This document shows, piece by piece, positions 20,303-29,784 of a stretch of 64,000 nt of DNA. Source of the stretch: Candidatus Methanomethylophilaceae archaeon (GTDB lineage Archaea > Thermoplasmatota > Thermoplasmata > Methanomassiliicoccales > Methanomethylophilaceae); the NCBI GenBank assembly GCA_944320495.1, contig CALUHR010000009.1:32001-96000 (forward strand), in the 5' to 3' direction. A model generated the notes under the pieces. It saw only the letters and a program-made list of their open reading frames with translations, had not been told where the DNA came from and ran no database searches. How positions within the stretch are numbered: the first letter of the stretch is position 1; each line of letters begins with the position of its first letter. A program made the position numbers and the translations under genes.

Positions 20303-22099
20303 ATGAGTGAAAGCAAGGAGAAGAGACAGGGGAGGTTCTCGAAGCTCGCCGGTTATGCCGGAGGTCACAGGTACCTCACCTACGCGGCCATGATCCTGTC
20401 CGGATTGAGCGCGGCCATCTCCGTGGTGCCCTTCTATTACATCTGGAAGATGATCGAGGAGGTCCTCCGTGTGATGCCCGACTACGACCGGGCGGTCGGT
20501 CTGGCGAACGACGGATGGATGGCCCTAGGATTCACTGCCCTGGGGGTGCTGGTGTACATCGCGGCGCTCATGTGCTCCCATGTGGCGGCGTTCCGTGTCG
20601 CGAAGAACATCCGGAAGACATGCATCGAGCATGTCATCGAACTACCCCCGGGCGCGTTCGACATGATGGGATCGGGCAAGGTCAGGAGGACCATACAGGA
20701 TTCCGCCTCCGCCACCGAGACGTATCTGGCGCATCAGTTCCCGGATATGGCGGGCAGTGTCGTTCTGCCGCTAGCCATCCTGGTGATGCTGTTTCTGTTC
20801 GATTGGAGGCTGGGCATCGCCAGCCTCGTGCCCGTGGCCCTTGCCTTTCTGGTCATGTGGACCATGGTCGGCAGCAAGGTCATGAAAGAGCATATGGCGG
20901 CATACCAGGAGGCTCTCGGAGATGTCAACAAAGAGGCTGTGGAATATGTCCGCGGTATATCGGTCGTCAAGGCGTTCCAGCAGACCGTCGAGTCGTTCCA
21001 GGCGTTCAAGGAGTCGATACTCAGGTACAGCGAGTTCGTCATCAAGTACACAAGGTGGTGCAGGGGCAGGATGTGCCTATTCGTGGTCGCATCGAACCTG
21101 GCTTTCGCCTCTATTGTGATCATGGCGTTGGCCATCGACGGCTCTCTTGATTGGACGCCGGAGTTCCTCTCCGACTTCCTGTTCTATGTGATATTCACCC
21201 CGCTGGTCGGGGTGCTCCTCATGAGGATAATGTTCGCCAGCAATGAGGGCTACATCGTGGATGACGCGCTGTCGAGGGTCGATGACCTCATGGCCATCCG
21301 GCAGCTCCCCGAGCCAGATGATCCCAAGATCCCTTCCGATTCGACACTGAGGTTCGAGAATGTCACATTCACCTATCCCGGGGCGGACCGCCCGGCGGTG
21401 GATTCGTTCTCGCTGACGATGTCACCCGGTACCGTCACTGCGCTGGTGGGTCCGAGCGGCAGCGGCAAGAGCACCGTAGCCAATCTCGCCTGCAGGTTCT
21501 GGGATCCACAGTCCGGCAGGGTGATTGTCGGTGGCGTCGATCTCCGGGAGATCGGCGGGGCAAAGCTGGGCGAGATGATCTCGTTCGTGTTCCAGAGTTC
21601 CCATCTCATCAAGGGGACGCTGGCCGAGAACGTGAGAATTGCCAGACAGGACGCCTCTGTCGAGGAGGTGCTTGCAGCGCTTCATATGGCGCAGTGCGAT
21701 GACATACTGGCTAAGCTCCCGGAGGGTCTGGAGACGAATATAGGCCCAAGAGGCGTGTACCTCTCCGGGGGAGAGGTCCAGAGGGTGGCGATCGCACGCG
21801 CGATTCTCAAGGACTCCCCGATTGTGATACTCGACGAGGCCACGGCCTTCGCCGATCCCGAGAACGAGTACCTTGTGCAGCGTGCCTTTGAGAACCTATC
21901 CAAGGACAGGACAGTCCTGCTCATAGCGCATCGTCTCACGACAGTACGGGATGCCGACCAAATCTGCGTCATGAGGGACGGCCGCATTGTGGAGGTCGGG
22001 ACGCACCCAGAGCTGTTGGAGTCTCGTGGGGTTTACAGCAGGATGTGGAGCGACTACCAGCAGGCTCTTTCGTGGAAGGTTCAGGGGGCGGTGCAGTGA
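20303..22099 (+). CDS. ABC half-transporter (TMD + NBD), IrtA/YbtP-like
   Basis: 6-TM domain plus GPSGSGKS, LSGGEVQR and LDEATA. Confidence 0.9.
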   Translation: MSESKEKRQGRFSKLAGYAGGHRYLTYAAMILSGLSAAISVVPFYYIWKMIEEVLRVMPDYDRAVGLANDGWMALGFTALGVLVYIAALMCSHVAAFRVAKNIRKTCIEHVIELPPGAFDMMGSGKVRRTIQDSASATETYLAHQFPDMAGSVVLPLAILVMLFLFDWRLGIASLVPVALAFLVMWTMVGSKVMKEHMAAYQEALGDVNKEAVEYVRGISVVKAFQQTVESFQAFKESILRYSEFVIKYTRWCRGRMCLFVVASNLAFASIVIMALAIDGSLDWTPEFLSDFLFYVIFTPLVGVLLMRIMFASNEGYIVDDALSRVDDLMAIRQLPEPDDPKIPSDSTLRFENVTFTYPGADRPAVDSFSLTMSPGTVTALVGPSGSGKSTVANLACRFWDPQSGRVIVGGVDLREIGGAKLGEMISFVFQSSHLIKGTLAENVRIARQDASVEEVLAALHMAQCDDILAKLPEGLETNIGPRGVYLSGGEVQRVAIARAILKDSPIVILDEATAFADPENEYLVQRAFENLSKDRTVLLIAHRLTTVRDADQICVMRDGRIVEVGTHPELLESRGVYSRMWSDYQQALSWKVQGAVQ

Positions 22100-23844
22100 C
22101 CCTCAGGGAATACGCCATGCGCAGGTTCGCCCTGTCTGAGAACGGATATCTTAATCTGAAGCGCAGCACATTGGCGGTCATCCTGCATGACATCAGTCTG
22201 ATCGTACCGGTGATGATCCTGTTCATGCTCGTGTGCGACGTCATGGGCGACAACCCATACGATTTCGGGCTAGATCCTTGGATGTACATCGCTCTGTGCG
22301 TCGTGTCTGTGGCGCTGATGTATGTGACGTACCAGCATCAGTATAATCGCACGTACTTCGACACCTATGTCGAGAGCGCGGAGGTCCGCATCTCCCTGGC
22401 GGAGAGAATAAGGATGCTTCCCCTCTCGTACTTCTCCAAGAAGGACCCTACGGATCTGACGGTCCGCATAATGGGTGATGCCACCATGCAGGAGTCGGCC
22501 ATGACCCATTGGTTCCCGGAGCTCATCGGGGCGATGATCTACACCGTCGTCATGGGAGCGTGCATCATCGTGTTCTCACCCGCCATGGGTGTGGCCTCCC
22601 TATGGCCGGTGCCGTTCGCGTTTGCCATCGTCCTCCTGTCCAAGAGGGTCCAGAGGAGGTTCGCCGACACCAAGAACCGCAGGATGCTGGAGGTCACAGA
22701 GGGAATCCAGGAGTGTCTGGAGTGCCTGAGGGATCTGAGGGGCAACAATGCCGCGAATTCTTACGCGGAAAGACTCTTCTCCAGGATGGACAGGGTCGAA
22801 GGCAGTGAGATCCGCTCCGAGCTCGCCACCGCCGTGTTCGTGGTGGGGGCCCAGCTGCTTCTCAAATTCGGCATCGTCACCACAGCCGTGGTCGGAGGGA
22901 TCCTGCTGATCGATGGATCGATCGACGTAGTAGTTTTCCTGGCGTTCCTGATATTGATCTCCAGGCTCTACGATCCGTTGAACACGGCTCTGCAAAACCT
23001 CGCCGCGATGATCTCCGCGGAGTACAACATGGAGCGTATGCAGGAGATCAATGATCAGCCCGTGATGACTGGGACGACCGATTTCCGTCCGGACGGCTAT
23101 GATATAGTGTTTGACCAAGTCGGATTTTCATACGACGGAGGGGTCACGGTGTTGGGGGACGTATCCTTTACGGCGAAGCAGGGTGAGGTCACGGCGCTGG
23201 TGGGTCCCAGCGGCAGCGGTAAGTCCACGGCAGCGAAGCTCGCCGCCAGATTCTGGGATGTAGGCTCCGGAAGGATAACCATAGGGGGCGTGGATGTCTC
23301 GACGGTGGATCCGGAGACTCTGCTGTCGTGCTTCTCGATCGTCTTCCAGGATGTGACGCTGTTCAACACCACGGTGATGGAAAACATCCGCATCGGTAGA
23401 CGCGGGGCCACTGACGAGGAGGTCCTTGCTGCAGCGAGGGCGGCCAACTGTGACGAGTTCGTGTCCAGGCTTCCGGACGGGTATTCGACTGTCATCGGTG
23501 AGAACGGTGCCAAGCTATCGGGTGGTGAGAGGCAGAGGGTGTCGATCGCTAGGGCGATACTCAAGGACGCCCCGATCGTTCTGTTGGACGAGGCGACAGC
23601 CTCGCTCGATACAGAGTGCGAGACCCAGGTTCAGCATGCGCTCTCCATCCTTGTCAGGGGCAGGACCGTCCTCATCGTGGCGCACAGGATGCGCACGGTG
23701 GAGGGTGCCGACAGGATCGTGGTGCTATCTGGCGGGAGCGTATCCGAGCAAGGTTCCCCGAGAGAACTGATGGAAGAGGATGGGCAGTTCGCCCGCATGG
23801 TCTGCATTCAGCGGTTCTCGGACGAGTGGTCCATCAGGAGCTGA
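22096..23844 (+). CDS. ABC half-transporter (TMD + NBD), IrtB/YbtQ-like
   Basis: GTGA overlap with the upstream gene; GPSGSGKS, LSGGERQR and LDEATASLD. Confidence 0.9.
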   Translation: MTLREYAMRRFALSENGYLNLKRSTLAVILHDISLIVPVMILFMLVCDVMGDNPYDFGLDPWMYIALCVVSVALMYVTYQHQYNRTYFDTYVESAEVRISLAERIRMLPLSYFSKKDPTDLTVRIMGDATMQESAMTHWFPELIGAMIYTVVMGACIIVFSPAMGVASLWPVPFAFAIVLLSKRVQRRFADTKNRRMLEVTEGIQECLECLRDLRGNNAANSYAERLFSRMDRVEGSEIRSELATAVFVVGAQLLLKFGIVTTAVVGGILLIDGSIDVVVFLAFLILISRLYDPLNTALQNLAAMISAEYNMERMQEINDQPVMTGTTDFRPDGYDIVFDQVGFSYDGGVTVLGDVSFTAKQGEVTALVGPSGSGKSTAAKLAARFWDVGSGRITIGGVDVSTVDPETLLSCFSIVFQDVTLFNTTVMENIRIGRRGATDEEVLAAARAANCDEFVSRLPDGYSTVIGENGAKLSGGERQRVSIARAILKDAPIVLLDEATASLDTECETQVQHALSILVRGRTVLIVAHRMRTVEGADRIVVLSGGSVSEQGSPRELMEEDGQFARMVCIQRFSDEWSIRS

Positions 23845-23855
23845 AACATAAAAAC

Positions 23856-23873
23856 GGGCCCCTTCGGGGGTCC
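23856..23873 (+). terminator. TTCG-loop hairpin followed by a pyrimidine tract
   Basis: GGGCCCC-TTCG-GGGGTCC-TTTCTTC. Confidence 0.7.
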
Positions 23874-24040
23874 TTTCTTCTGTAGGTCGAGGGGATGCTG
23901 GGCCATTGGCGGACCCCGAACGCACTCCAATGGCAACGACCTCCATGCAGGCGTGCGCGTGCTTTCCGTTATTGGCGTCCAGATCCTCGAGATCGTCTGG
24001 GCAGTCTCCGATTTATACCATGCACACCACTCCGCCCTCC

Positions 24041-24718
24041 ATGGACAGGGACGAGGTCCAGAGGGTCAAGACCAAGCCGACGCTGGCTGATTTCGCCGAG
24101 ATGACCCTCGCCGTCTTCATAATGGCTCTGGGCGTCATCATCACCGTCAGGTCCCTCCAGGGCGTCTCCCCGGTGTCGTCCCTCACATACGTCCTCAGCC
24201 AGGTCGCCGACGTCTCACTGGGGACGATGACGTTCATCGTCTACTTCGTGTTCGTCCTGTTCCAGTGCGCCGTCTACAGGGACAGGGGTATGACCATCAG
24301 GGTCTTCAGCCAGCTGCCGTACACGATCCTGTACAGCGTCTGCATGGATGTGCTCGATTACGCGCTCGCGCCGCTCAGCGCGGAGACGCTGGCGGGCCAG
24401 TGGGGGCTCGTCCTGATCGGATGCATGCTCACCAGCCTGGCCATCGCCATGGAGGCGGACGCGAACGTGTCGATGCTCCCGGACGACGGTCTGATGCTCG
24501 CGGTCCACAGGGCCACGAAGATCCCCCTCGGCAGGAGTATCATCGTCGTGAACATTGTGTCCATAGCGGCGGCCTTCGCCATCTCCCTGGGTGTCCTGGG
24601 AGGATTCTACGGGGTCGGTCTGGGAACGATATTCATGGCCATCGCCCAGGGGTACATAGTCAAGGCGATGACGCCGATGTTCAGAAGGTTCCGCAAGCAC
24701 GGCCATCTGGATCTCCGA
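24041..24718 (+). CDS. YczE/YyaS/YitT-family membrane protein; ends at CGA 24716-24718 (standard-code end 25663)
   Basis: ALGV, G.SP.SS, SLG, D.LM and GVGLGTI motifs; TTTATA 24 nt before the ATG. Confidence 0.85.
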
Positions 24719-24775
24719 CGGCCGTGCCGGTGCGGGACGGGTTTCACGGAAATGCCGTCGTCACGATGTGTGGGA

Positions 24776-25489
24776 TCAGGCGGTCCAGGGGGTCTCCCAC
24801 TCCCAGGGCCTGATGACCTCGGTGTACAGGGCCAGTCCGACGACGGCTCCCTCTGCCCCCGCATCGGCGAGGATCCTCGCGTCCTCCTCGGACGTGATGC
24901 CCCCGGACGCTATGACCGGGCACGGGCAGGCCGAGATGAATCCGCGGGCCTGGGACTCGTCTATTCCTTTCCTCTGACCTTCCACATCGACGTTGGTGTT
25001 CAGGACGCCGGCCAGCGGGAGGTCGCGGATCTTGTCGAACATCTCCTCCACGGTCATCTGCGCGGACTCCTGCCATCCCTTGATGGCGATGCGTCCGCCC
25101 TTGGTGTCCATGGACAGGACGATCCGTCCGGGGTGGCGGTCGGCGATCTCCGCGAGCCATTCCGGTTCCTTGACGGCCTTGGTGCCTACGACCACGCGGT
25201 CCGCCCCTGCGGCAACGAGCTCGTCGACGGTCTCGGTGGACCTGATCCCGCCCCCGACCTCTGCGGGGACGCCGCATTCCTCGATGATCCTCTTGAAGAC
25301 GGGGATGTTCCCCTCCTTCCCGAAGGCGGCGTCCAGGTCCACCAGGTGGAGGTATCTGGCGCCCTTGGAGATCCACATCTCCGCCACGGAGGCCGGATCG
25401 GGCATGACGATCTGCTGGCTGCCGGGGACTCCCCCGACGAGCTGGACCACCTGGTGGTCCATGACGTCCACCGCGGGTATGACCCTCAC
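24776..25489 (-). CDS. hisA: ProFAR isomerase
   Basis: VIPAVD, LHLVDLDAA, EVGGGIRS and IASGGI motifs; GTG start overlaps the hisH stop. Confidence 0.95.
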   Translation of the reverse strand: MRVIPAVDVMDHQVVQLVGGVPGSQQIVMPDPASVAEMWISKGARYLHLVDLDAAFGKEGNIPVFKRIIEECGVPAEVGGGIRSTETVDELVAAGADRVVVGTKAVKEPEWLAEIADRHPGRIVLSMDTKGGRIAIKGWQESAQMTVEEMFDKIRDLPLAGVLNTNVDVEGQRKGIDESQARGFISACPCPVIASGGITSEEDARILADAGAEGAVVGLALYTEVIRPWEWETPWTA

Positions 25490-26088
25490 AGTACCGACTC
25501 CGCGAATGAGATGAAGTTCCTGAGGAATGCCATGCCCGACGCGCTGCTCTTCTCGGGATGGAACTGGGTGCCGTACGTGTTGGCCTTGCGGAAGAACGCC
25601 GGCACGGTCTTCCCCTCGTATTCGGTGGTGCCGATGGTGACGTCCTCGTCCGGACTGCCGTAGTAGGAATGGACGAAGTAGAAGTGGTCGTCGGGCACGC
25701 CGTCCATCAGGGGATCCCCCGATTCCACGGTGTTCCAGCCCATGTGGGGGACGATCTCGGCCTCGAGGGGCACAACGCGTCCCTTTATGACGCCGAGTCC
25801 GGGGGACCTGCCCTCGTCGCTGCCCTCGAACAGGATCTGCATGCCTATGCATATCCCGAGCGCGGGGGTCCCGGAGAGGAGCCTCTCCATGATCTCGTCG
25901 CGGTAGGGCTCCAGCCTCTCCATCGTCTTGTCGAAGGCCCCGACGCCGGGGAAGACTATGCATTCCGCATCGAGCACTTCCCTCATGTCGGTGACCACCT
26001 CGACCCTGGCGCCGCAGTTCTCCAGCGAGCGCCTTATCGAGTACAGGTTCCCGACGCCGTAGTCGGTGAGCGTGATGCTCAGCGGCAT
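25486..26088 (-). CDS. hisH: Imidazole glycerol phosphate synthase glutaminase subunit
   Basis: DYGVGNL, PGVGAF, GICIGMQ, PHMGWN and QFHPEKS motifs. Confidence 0.96.
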   Translation of the reverse strand: MPLSITLTDYGVGNLYSIRRSLENCGARVEVVTDMREVLDAECIVFPGVGAFDKTMERLEPYRDEIMERLLSGTPALGICIGMQILFEGSDEGRSPGLGVIKGRVVPLEAEIVPHMGWNTVESGDPLMDGVPDDHFYFVHSYYGSPDEDVTIGTTEYEGKTVPAFFRKANTYGTQFHPEKSSASGMAFLRNFISFAESVL

Positions 26089-27134
26089 TCCTCGATCACC
26101 TCGGCGGTCTTCTCGAGGAGCAGGGCGTTGAGCTCCGGTGTGCCCACGGTGGGCCTGACGCAGTTCTCCGTCCTCCTCTTGGCGCCGAAGTCCCTGATGA
26201 GGATGCCCCGCTCCTTGAGGCCGGACACGAGTGCGGTGTGGTCCACGGGGGACCTGGCGAGTATGAAGTTGGCGTCGGAATGGAAGGTCTCGAACCCGAG
26301 CTTCCTGAGGCCGGCCTCGAGCTTCGGGCGCTCCTGTCTGACCATGTCGACGCTGCGGCGTATGAAGTCCTGGTCGTGCACGGCGGCTATGGCGGCCCCC
26401 TCGCTCACGGCGTTCAGCGAGTAGGGGATCTTCACGCTGGCCATCATGTCGGCCAGCTTCCTGTTGGACGCCATGTATCCGACGCGCATCGCCGCGAGGG
26501 CGTACGCCTTGGAGAAGGTCCTGGTGACGACGAGGTTGTCGAACTCCCCGACCCTGCGGATGAGCCCCTCGCCGGAGTACTCGGTGTACGCCTCGTCGAT
26601 GACGACGATGCCCTCGAACCTGGAGAGGAGGTCCTCGATGTCCCTGTCGCGGAAGCAGTTCCCGGTGGGATTGTTGGGGGACGGGATGATGGTGAGCTTC
26701 GCCCCCGTCCTGACCATGGAGTCGACGTCCAGCTGGAAGTCGTCGGTCAGATCGACCATGATCGCCTTGCCGCCGTTGCTCTTGACGAAGTAGTCGTAGA
26801 GCGAATACGATGGGTAGGGCAGGGCGGTGTCGTCCCCCCAGTTGGTGAACGTTTTGAAGATGACGTCGATCATCTCGTCGGACCCGTTCCCGGCTATGAT
26901 GGTGTCGGGGTCCAGGCCGTAGAGCTCGCCCAGGGCCTCCCTCAGGCCGCCGGAGTAGGTGTCCGGGTAGGCGTTGAGGTCCCACTCATGGGTGCGGAGG
27001 TACTCCGCCGCGGCGGGGTTCGATCCGAGGACGTTGGTGTTGGTGTCGAGGCGCACCTCGCCGTGCAGCTTGGGGTTGTAGTACTTGACGAAATCCCTCG
27101 CCGTCTCCCTCATTATGCTGCGGTCCGCGTCCAT
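26079..27134 (-). CDS. hisC: Histidinol-phosphate aminotransferase
   Basis: GNGSDE, PNNPTG, DEAY and RTFSKAYALAAMRVGY motifs. Confidence 0.95.
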   Translation of the reverse strand: MDADRSIMRETARDFVKYYNPKLHGEVRLDTNTNVLGSNPAAAEYLRTHEWDLNAYPDTYSGGLREALGELYGLDPDTIIAGNGSDEMIDVIFKTFTNWGDDTALPYPSYSLYDYFVKSNGGKAIMVDLTDDFQLDVDSMVRTGAKLTIIPSPNNPTGNCFRDRDIEDLLSRFEGIVVIDEAYTEYSGEGLIRRVGEFDNLVVTRTFSKAYALAAMRVGYMASNRKLADMMASVKIPYSLNAVSEGAAIAAVHDQDFIRRSVDMVRQERPKLEAGLRKLGFETFHSDANFILARSPVDHTALVSGLKERGILIRDFGAKRRTENCVRPTVGTPELNALLLEKTAEVIEECR

Positions 27135-27997
27135 CAGTTCACCAGCCTCTCGATGGCGGTGGTGAGGATTCCCTTGGCCCCGATCTTCTTCAGTTCGAGG
27201 ATGGTGTGGAAGGTGTCCTTGCTGTCGATGACCGCGTGGAGCGCGACGTATCCGCTGTTGCCGGCGATGTCGAGGATGGTGGGCCCCTCGAGTCCGGGGA
27301 CGATCCTCTCGGCGTCGGCGATGCGGTCCTTGGGGACGTTGGCCATGAGGTACTTCTTGCGCTCGGCGTCGATGACGCTCCTGATGGAGTCCGCGAGCTC
27401 GTCTATGGCGTCGCCGCACCTGTCCATGGCCTCGCGGCTGGTGAAGATGCAGGCCTGGGAGTCCAGGATCCTGGCGGCCTCCACCATCCTGTTCATCTTG
27501 AGGGTGGATCCGGTGGACACGAGGTCGACGATGAAGTCGGAGATGCCGATGTAGGGCATGACCTCGGCCGCGCCGGTGACCTCGATGACCTTGACGTCCT
27601 TGCCGATGGACTCGAAGTAGAGCCTGGCTATGTTGGGGTACGAGGTGGCGGCCCTGCTGCCGTCCCTGATCTGGGACGCATCGGTTATGCCACTGCTCTC
27701 GGGGACCGCCACGGCCATGTGGCAGTATCCGAACTCTAGGGGCAGCCTCTCGACCAGTTCGTATCCGGACTCGGCCACCTGGTCCTGGCCGGTGATTCCA
27801 AGGTCGATGGCTCCGGAGGCTATGAACTCAGGTATGTCCTGGGCCCTGAGGAACAGCACCTCCACATCATGGTTCCTAGCTCTGATGTAGAGCTTCCTGC
27901 CGATATCCTCTCCAAGGTCGATCCCCGACTTGGTCAGGAGCTCGACCGCCCTCTCGTTGAGGCGCCCTTTGTTTGGCACACCGAATTTAAGCGTCAT
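27134..27997 (-). CDS. hisG: ATP phosphoribosyltransferase, long form
   Basis: VPNKGRL, DLGITG.D, ATSYP and DLVSTGSTL motifs. Confidence 0.96.
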   Translation of the reverse strand: MTLKFGVPNKGRLNERAVELLTKSGIDLGEDIGRKLYIRARNHDVEVLFLRAQDIPEFIASGAIDLGITGQDQVAESGYELVERLPLEFGYCHMAVAVPESSGITDASQIRDGSRAATSYPNIARLYFESIGKDVKVIEVTGAAEVMPYIGISDFIVDLVSTGSTLKMNRMVEAARILDSQACIFTSREAMDRCGDAIDELADSIRSVIDAERKKYLMANVPKDRIADAERIVPGLEGPTILDIAGNSGYVALHAVIDSKDTFHTILELKKIGAKGILTTAIERLVN

Positions 27998-28092
27998 GTT
28001 GCCTCGCTCCACCCAATGTCTGATGGTATAAGGACATTTACGGTTGCGAGTCCTGGGAGTCGCTAAATACGTCGCAGGGGAATCATCGGGTC

Positions 28093-28644
28093 ATGGATGT
28101 CTCGGAAGTCCTTTCGGGGCTGAGGGGTCAGGCGGGTACCGTGGACGCCCAGCTGATGTCTGACGGGCTGTTCTCCAGGATACTGGCGGAGGAGTCCACG
28201 GTGGTCGGTGCGGGGGGCACGATGCCGGTCAGGAACGTCGGCATCGAGGAATGCTCCGAACGCGACCACAGGTTCTGCATCTTCCTGCGTCCCGGAGGCA
28301 TAGACAGCCAGAGGGGGCCGGGGACCCACACGATGATCATGAGGGACGGTCAGGGACGCGTCGTCGGATACGACATCCCCCGGGACGAGATACCGATCTG
28401 GCGCAGCAGGACGGACGTGATCTTCCTGTCCGACGACTTCGTGATGTTCTCGGATGCGATAACCCACGGGCAGGTCACCATGGAGATCCACTCCCGCCCG
28501 TACAGGGGCGAAGGCGACTGGATCCCGGAGTCCTGCAGGTCGATAATCTGGTTCCCGTGCTCGACCAGCTCGCTGATACTCGGGGAGTCCTACGGCGTCA
28601 CGGTCGGGACGGTCTCCGCGGCGATCGTCGCGATGGATCTTTGA
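28093..28644 (+). CDS. Hypothetical protein
   Basis: TATA-like element 25 nt upstream; host-like codon use; no family recognised. Confidence 0.6.
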   Translation: MDVSEVLSGLRGQAGTVDAQLMSDGLFSRILAEESTVVGAGGTMPVRNVGIEECSERDHRFCIFLRPGGIDSQRGPGTHTMIMRDGQGRVVGYDIPRDEIPIWRSRTDVIFLSDDFVMFSDAITHGQVTMEIHSRPYRGEGDWIPESCRSIIWFPCSTSSLILGESYGVTVGTVSAAIVAMDL

Positions 28645-28651
28645 AGAAGGT

Positions 28652-28669
28652 CCGGGGCATGGGCCCCGG
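28652..28669. terminator. Hairpin between convergent genes
   Basis: CCGGGGC-ATGG-GCCCCGG. Confidence 0.55.
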
Positions 28670-28678
28670 GAAGGAATT

Positions 28679-29743
28679 TCAGAGGATGCCGGTGGCCTTG
28701 GCCAGCTCAGCGTTGAGGACGGATCCGCCGGCGCCGCCCCTGAGGGTGTTGTGGGACATGGCGAAGGCCTTGTAGTATCCGTTGCTCTGTCTGAGTCTGC
28801 CGACGGTCACGGCCATGCCGCGTGCCCTGGCGGGCCTCCCGGCCATGGCGTCGAACACGGGCTGGGGGCGGTTGTCCTCGGTCCTGACGATGATGGGCTG
28901 CTCGGGAGCGGACGGAAGTCCGAGCCTCTGGGGCTCGCCGCGGAAGCCGGTCAGGCATGCGGACAGCTCGTCGAGGGTGGGCTGCTGCTCCATGTCCAGT
29001 ACGAGGGACTCGAGGTGGCCGTCGACGACGGGGACCCTGGCGCAGTTCGCCATGACCTTGAATCCGGCGTAGCGGAACTCCCCGTCCTCGTAGGTGCCGA
29101 GCATCTTGGCGAGCTCGGTCTCCATCTTCTCCTCCTCGTGGCTGATGAAGGGCACGACGTTGCCGACGGCGTCGAGCGACGGGACGCCTGGGTAGCCAGC
29201 TCCGGAGAGCGCCTGGTAGGTGGACACGAAGACCTGCCTGAGCCCGAACGCCTGGTTGATGGCGTGGAGGGGAGCGGCGATGCCGGTGGACGAGCAGTTC
29301 GCGTTGGTGACGATGTATCCGCCGGTCTCGGAGTAGGTGGGCTGGTCCCTGATGGAGGCCATCTGGGCTGGGTTGACCTCGGGGATGATGATGGGCACGT
29401 GGGCGTCCATCCTGTGGGACCCCGCGTTGGTGAAGACCGCCACGCCGGCCTGTGCCAGCTCGGTCTCGGTGGGTCCGGCGAGGTCCGACGGGATGCCGCT
29501 GAAGGCGATCCTGCAGTTCTTGGAGATCTTGGCGATGTCCATGGTCTCGATCCTGCGGTCCATGGTGTCGTCCAGGTACTCGTGGTCCCTGACCTTGAGG
29601 ACGTCTCCTAGCCTCTTGCCGTTCGACCTCTCCGATGCGTAAAGCCCCTCGATCTCGAACCAGGGGTGGTCCTCCAGCATCTGGATGAACCTCTGACCGA
29701 TCATCCCCGTTGCACCGAGGACTGCGACGCTGATCTTGCTCAT
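28679..29743 (-). CDS. asd: Aspartate-semialdehyde dehydrogenase
   Basis: LGATGMIGQRF, NANCS, QALSGAG, SHEEEKM and HNTLRGGAGG motifs. Confidence 0.96.
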   Translation of the reverse strand: MSKISVAVLGATGMIGQRFIQMLEDHPWFEIEGLYASERSNGKRLGDVLKVRDHEYLDDTMDRRIETMDIAKISKNCRIAFSGIPSDLAGPTETELAQAGVAVFTNAGSHRMDAHVPIIIPEVNPAQMASIRDQPTYSETGGYIVTNANCSSTGIAAPLHAINQAFGLRQVFVSTYQALSGAGYPGVPSLDAVGNVVPFISHEEEKMETELAKMLGTYEDGEFRYAGFKVMANCARVPVVDGHLESLVLDMEQQPTLDELSACLTGFRGEPQRLGLPSAPEQPIIVRTEDNRPQPVFDAMAGRPARARGMAVTVGRLRQSNGYYKAFAMSHNTLRGGAGGSVLNAELAKATGIL

Positions 29744-29784
29744 TGCGGATACACTCCGATGCGCGTGCATCCCCGCTACGATAT

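Noticed and set aside
19139-22099. 986-aa ORF as one ABC protein
   Set aside because: It is an off-frame permease tail plus FepC plus a separate half-transporter, joined only across two CGA codons.
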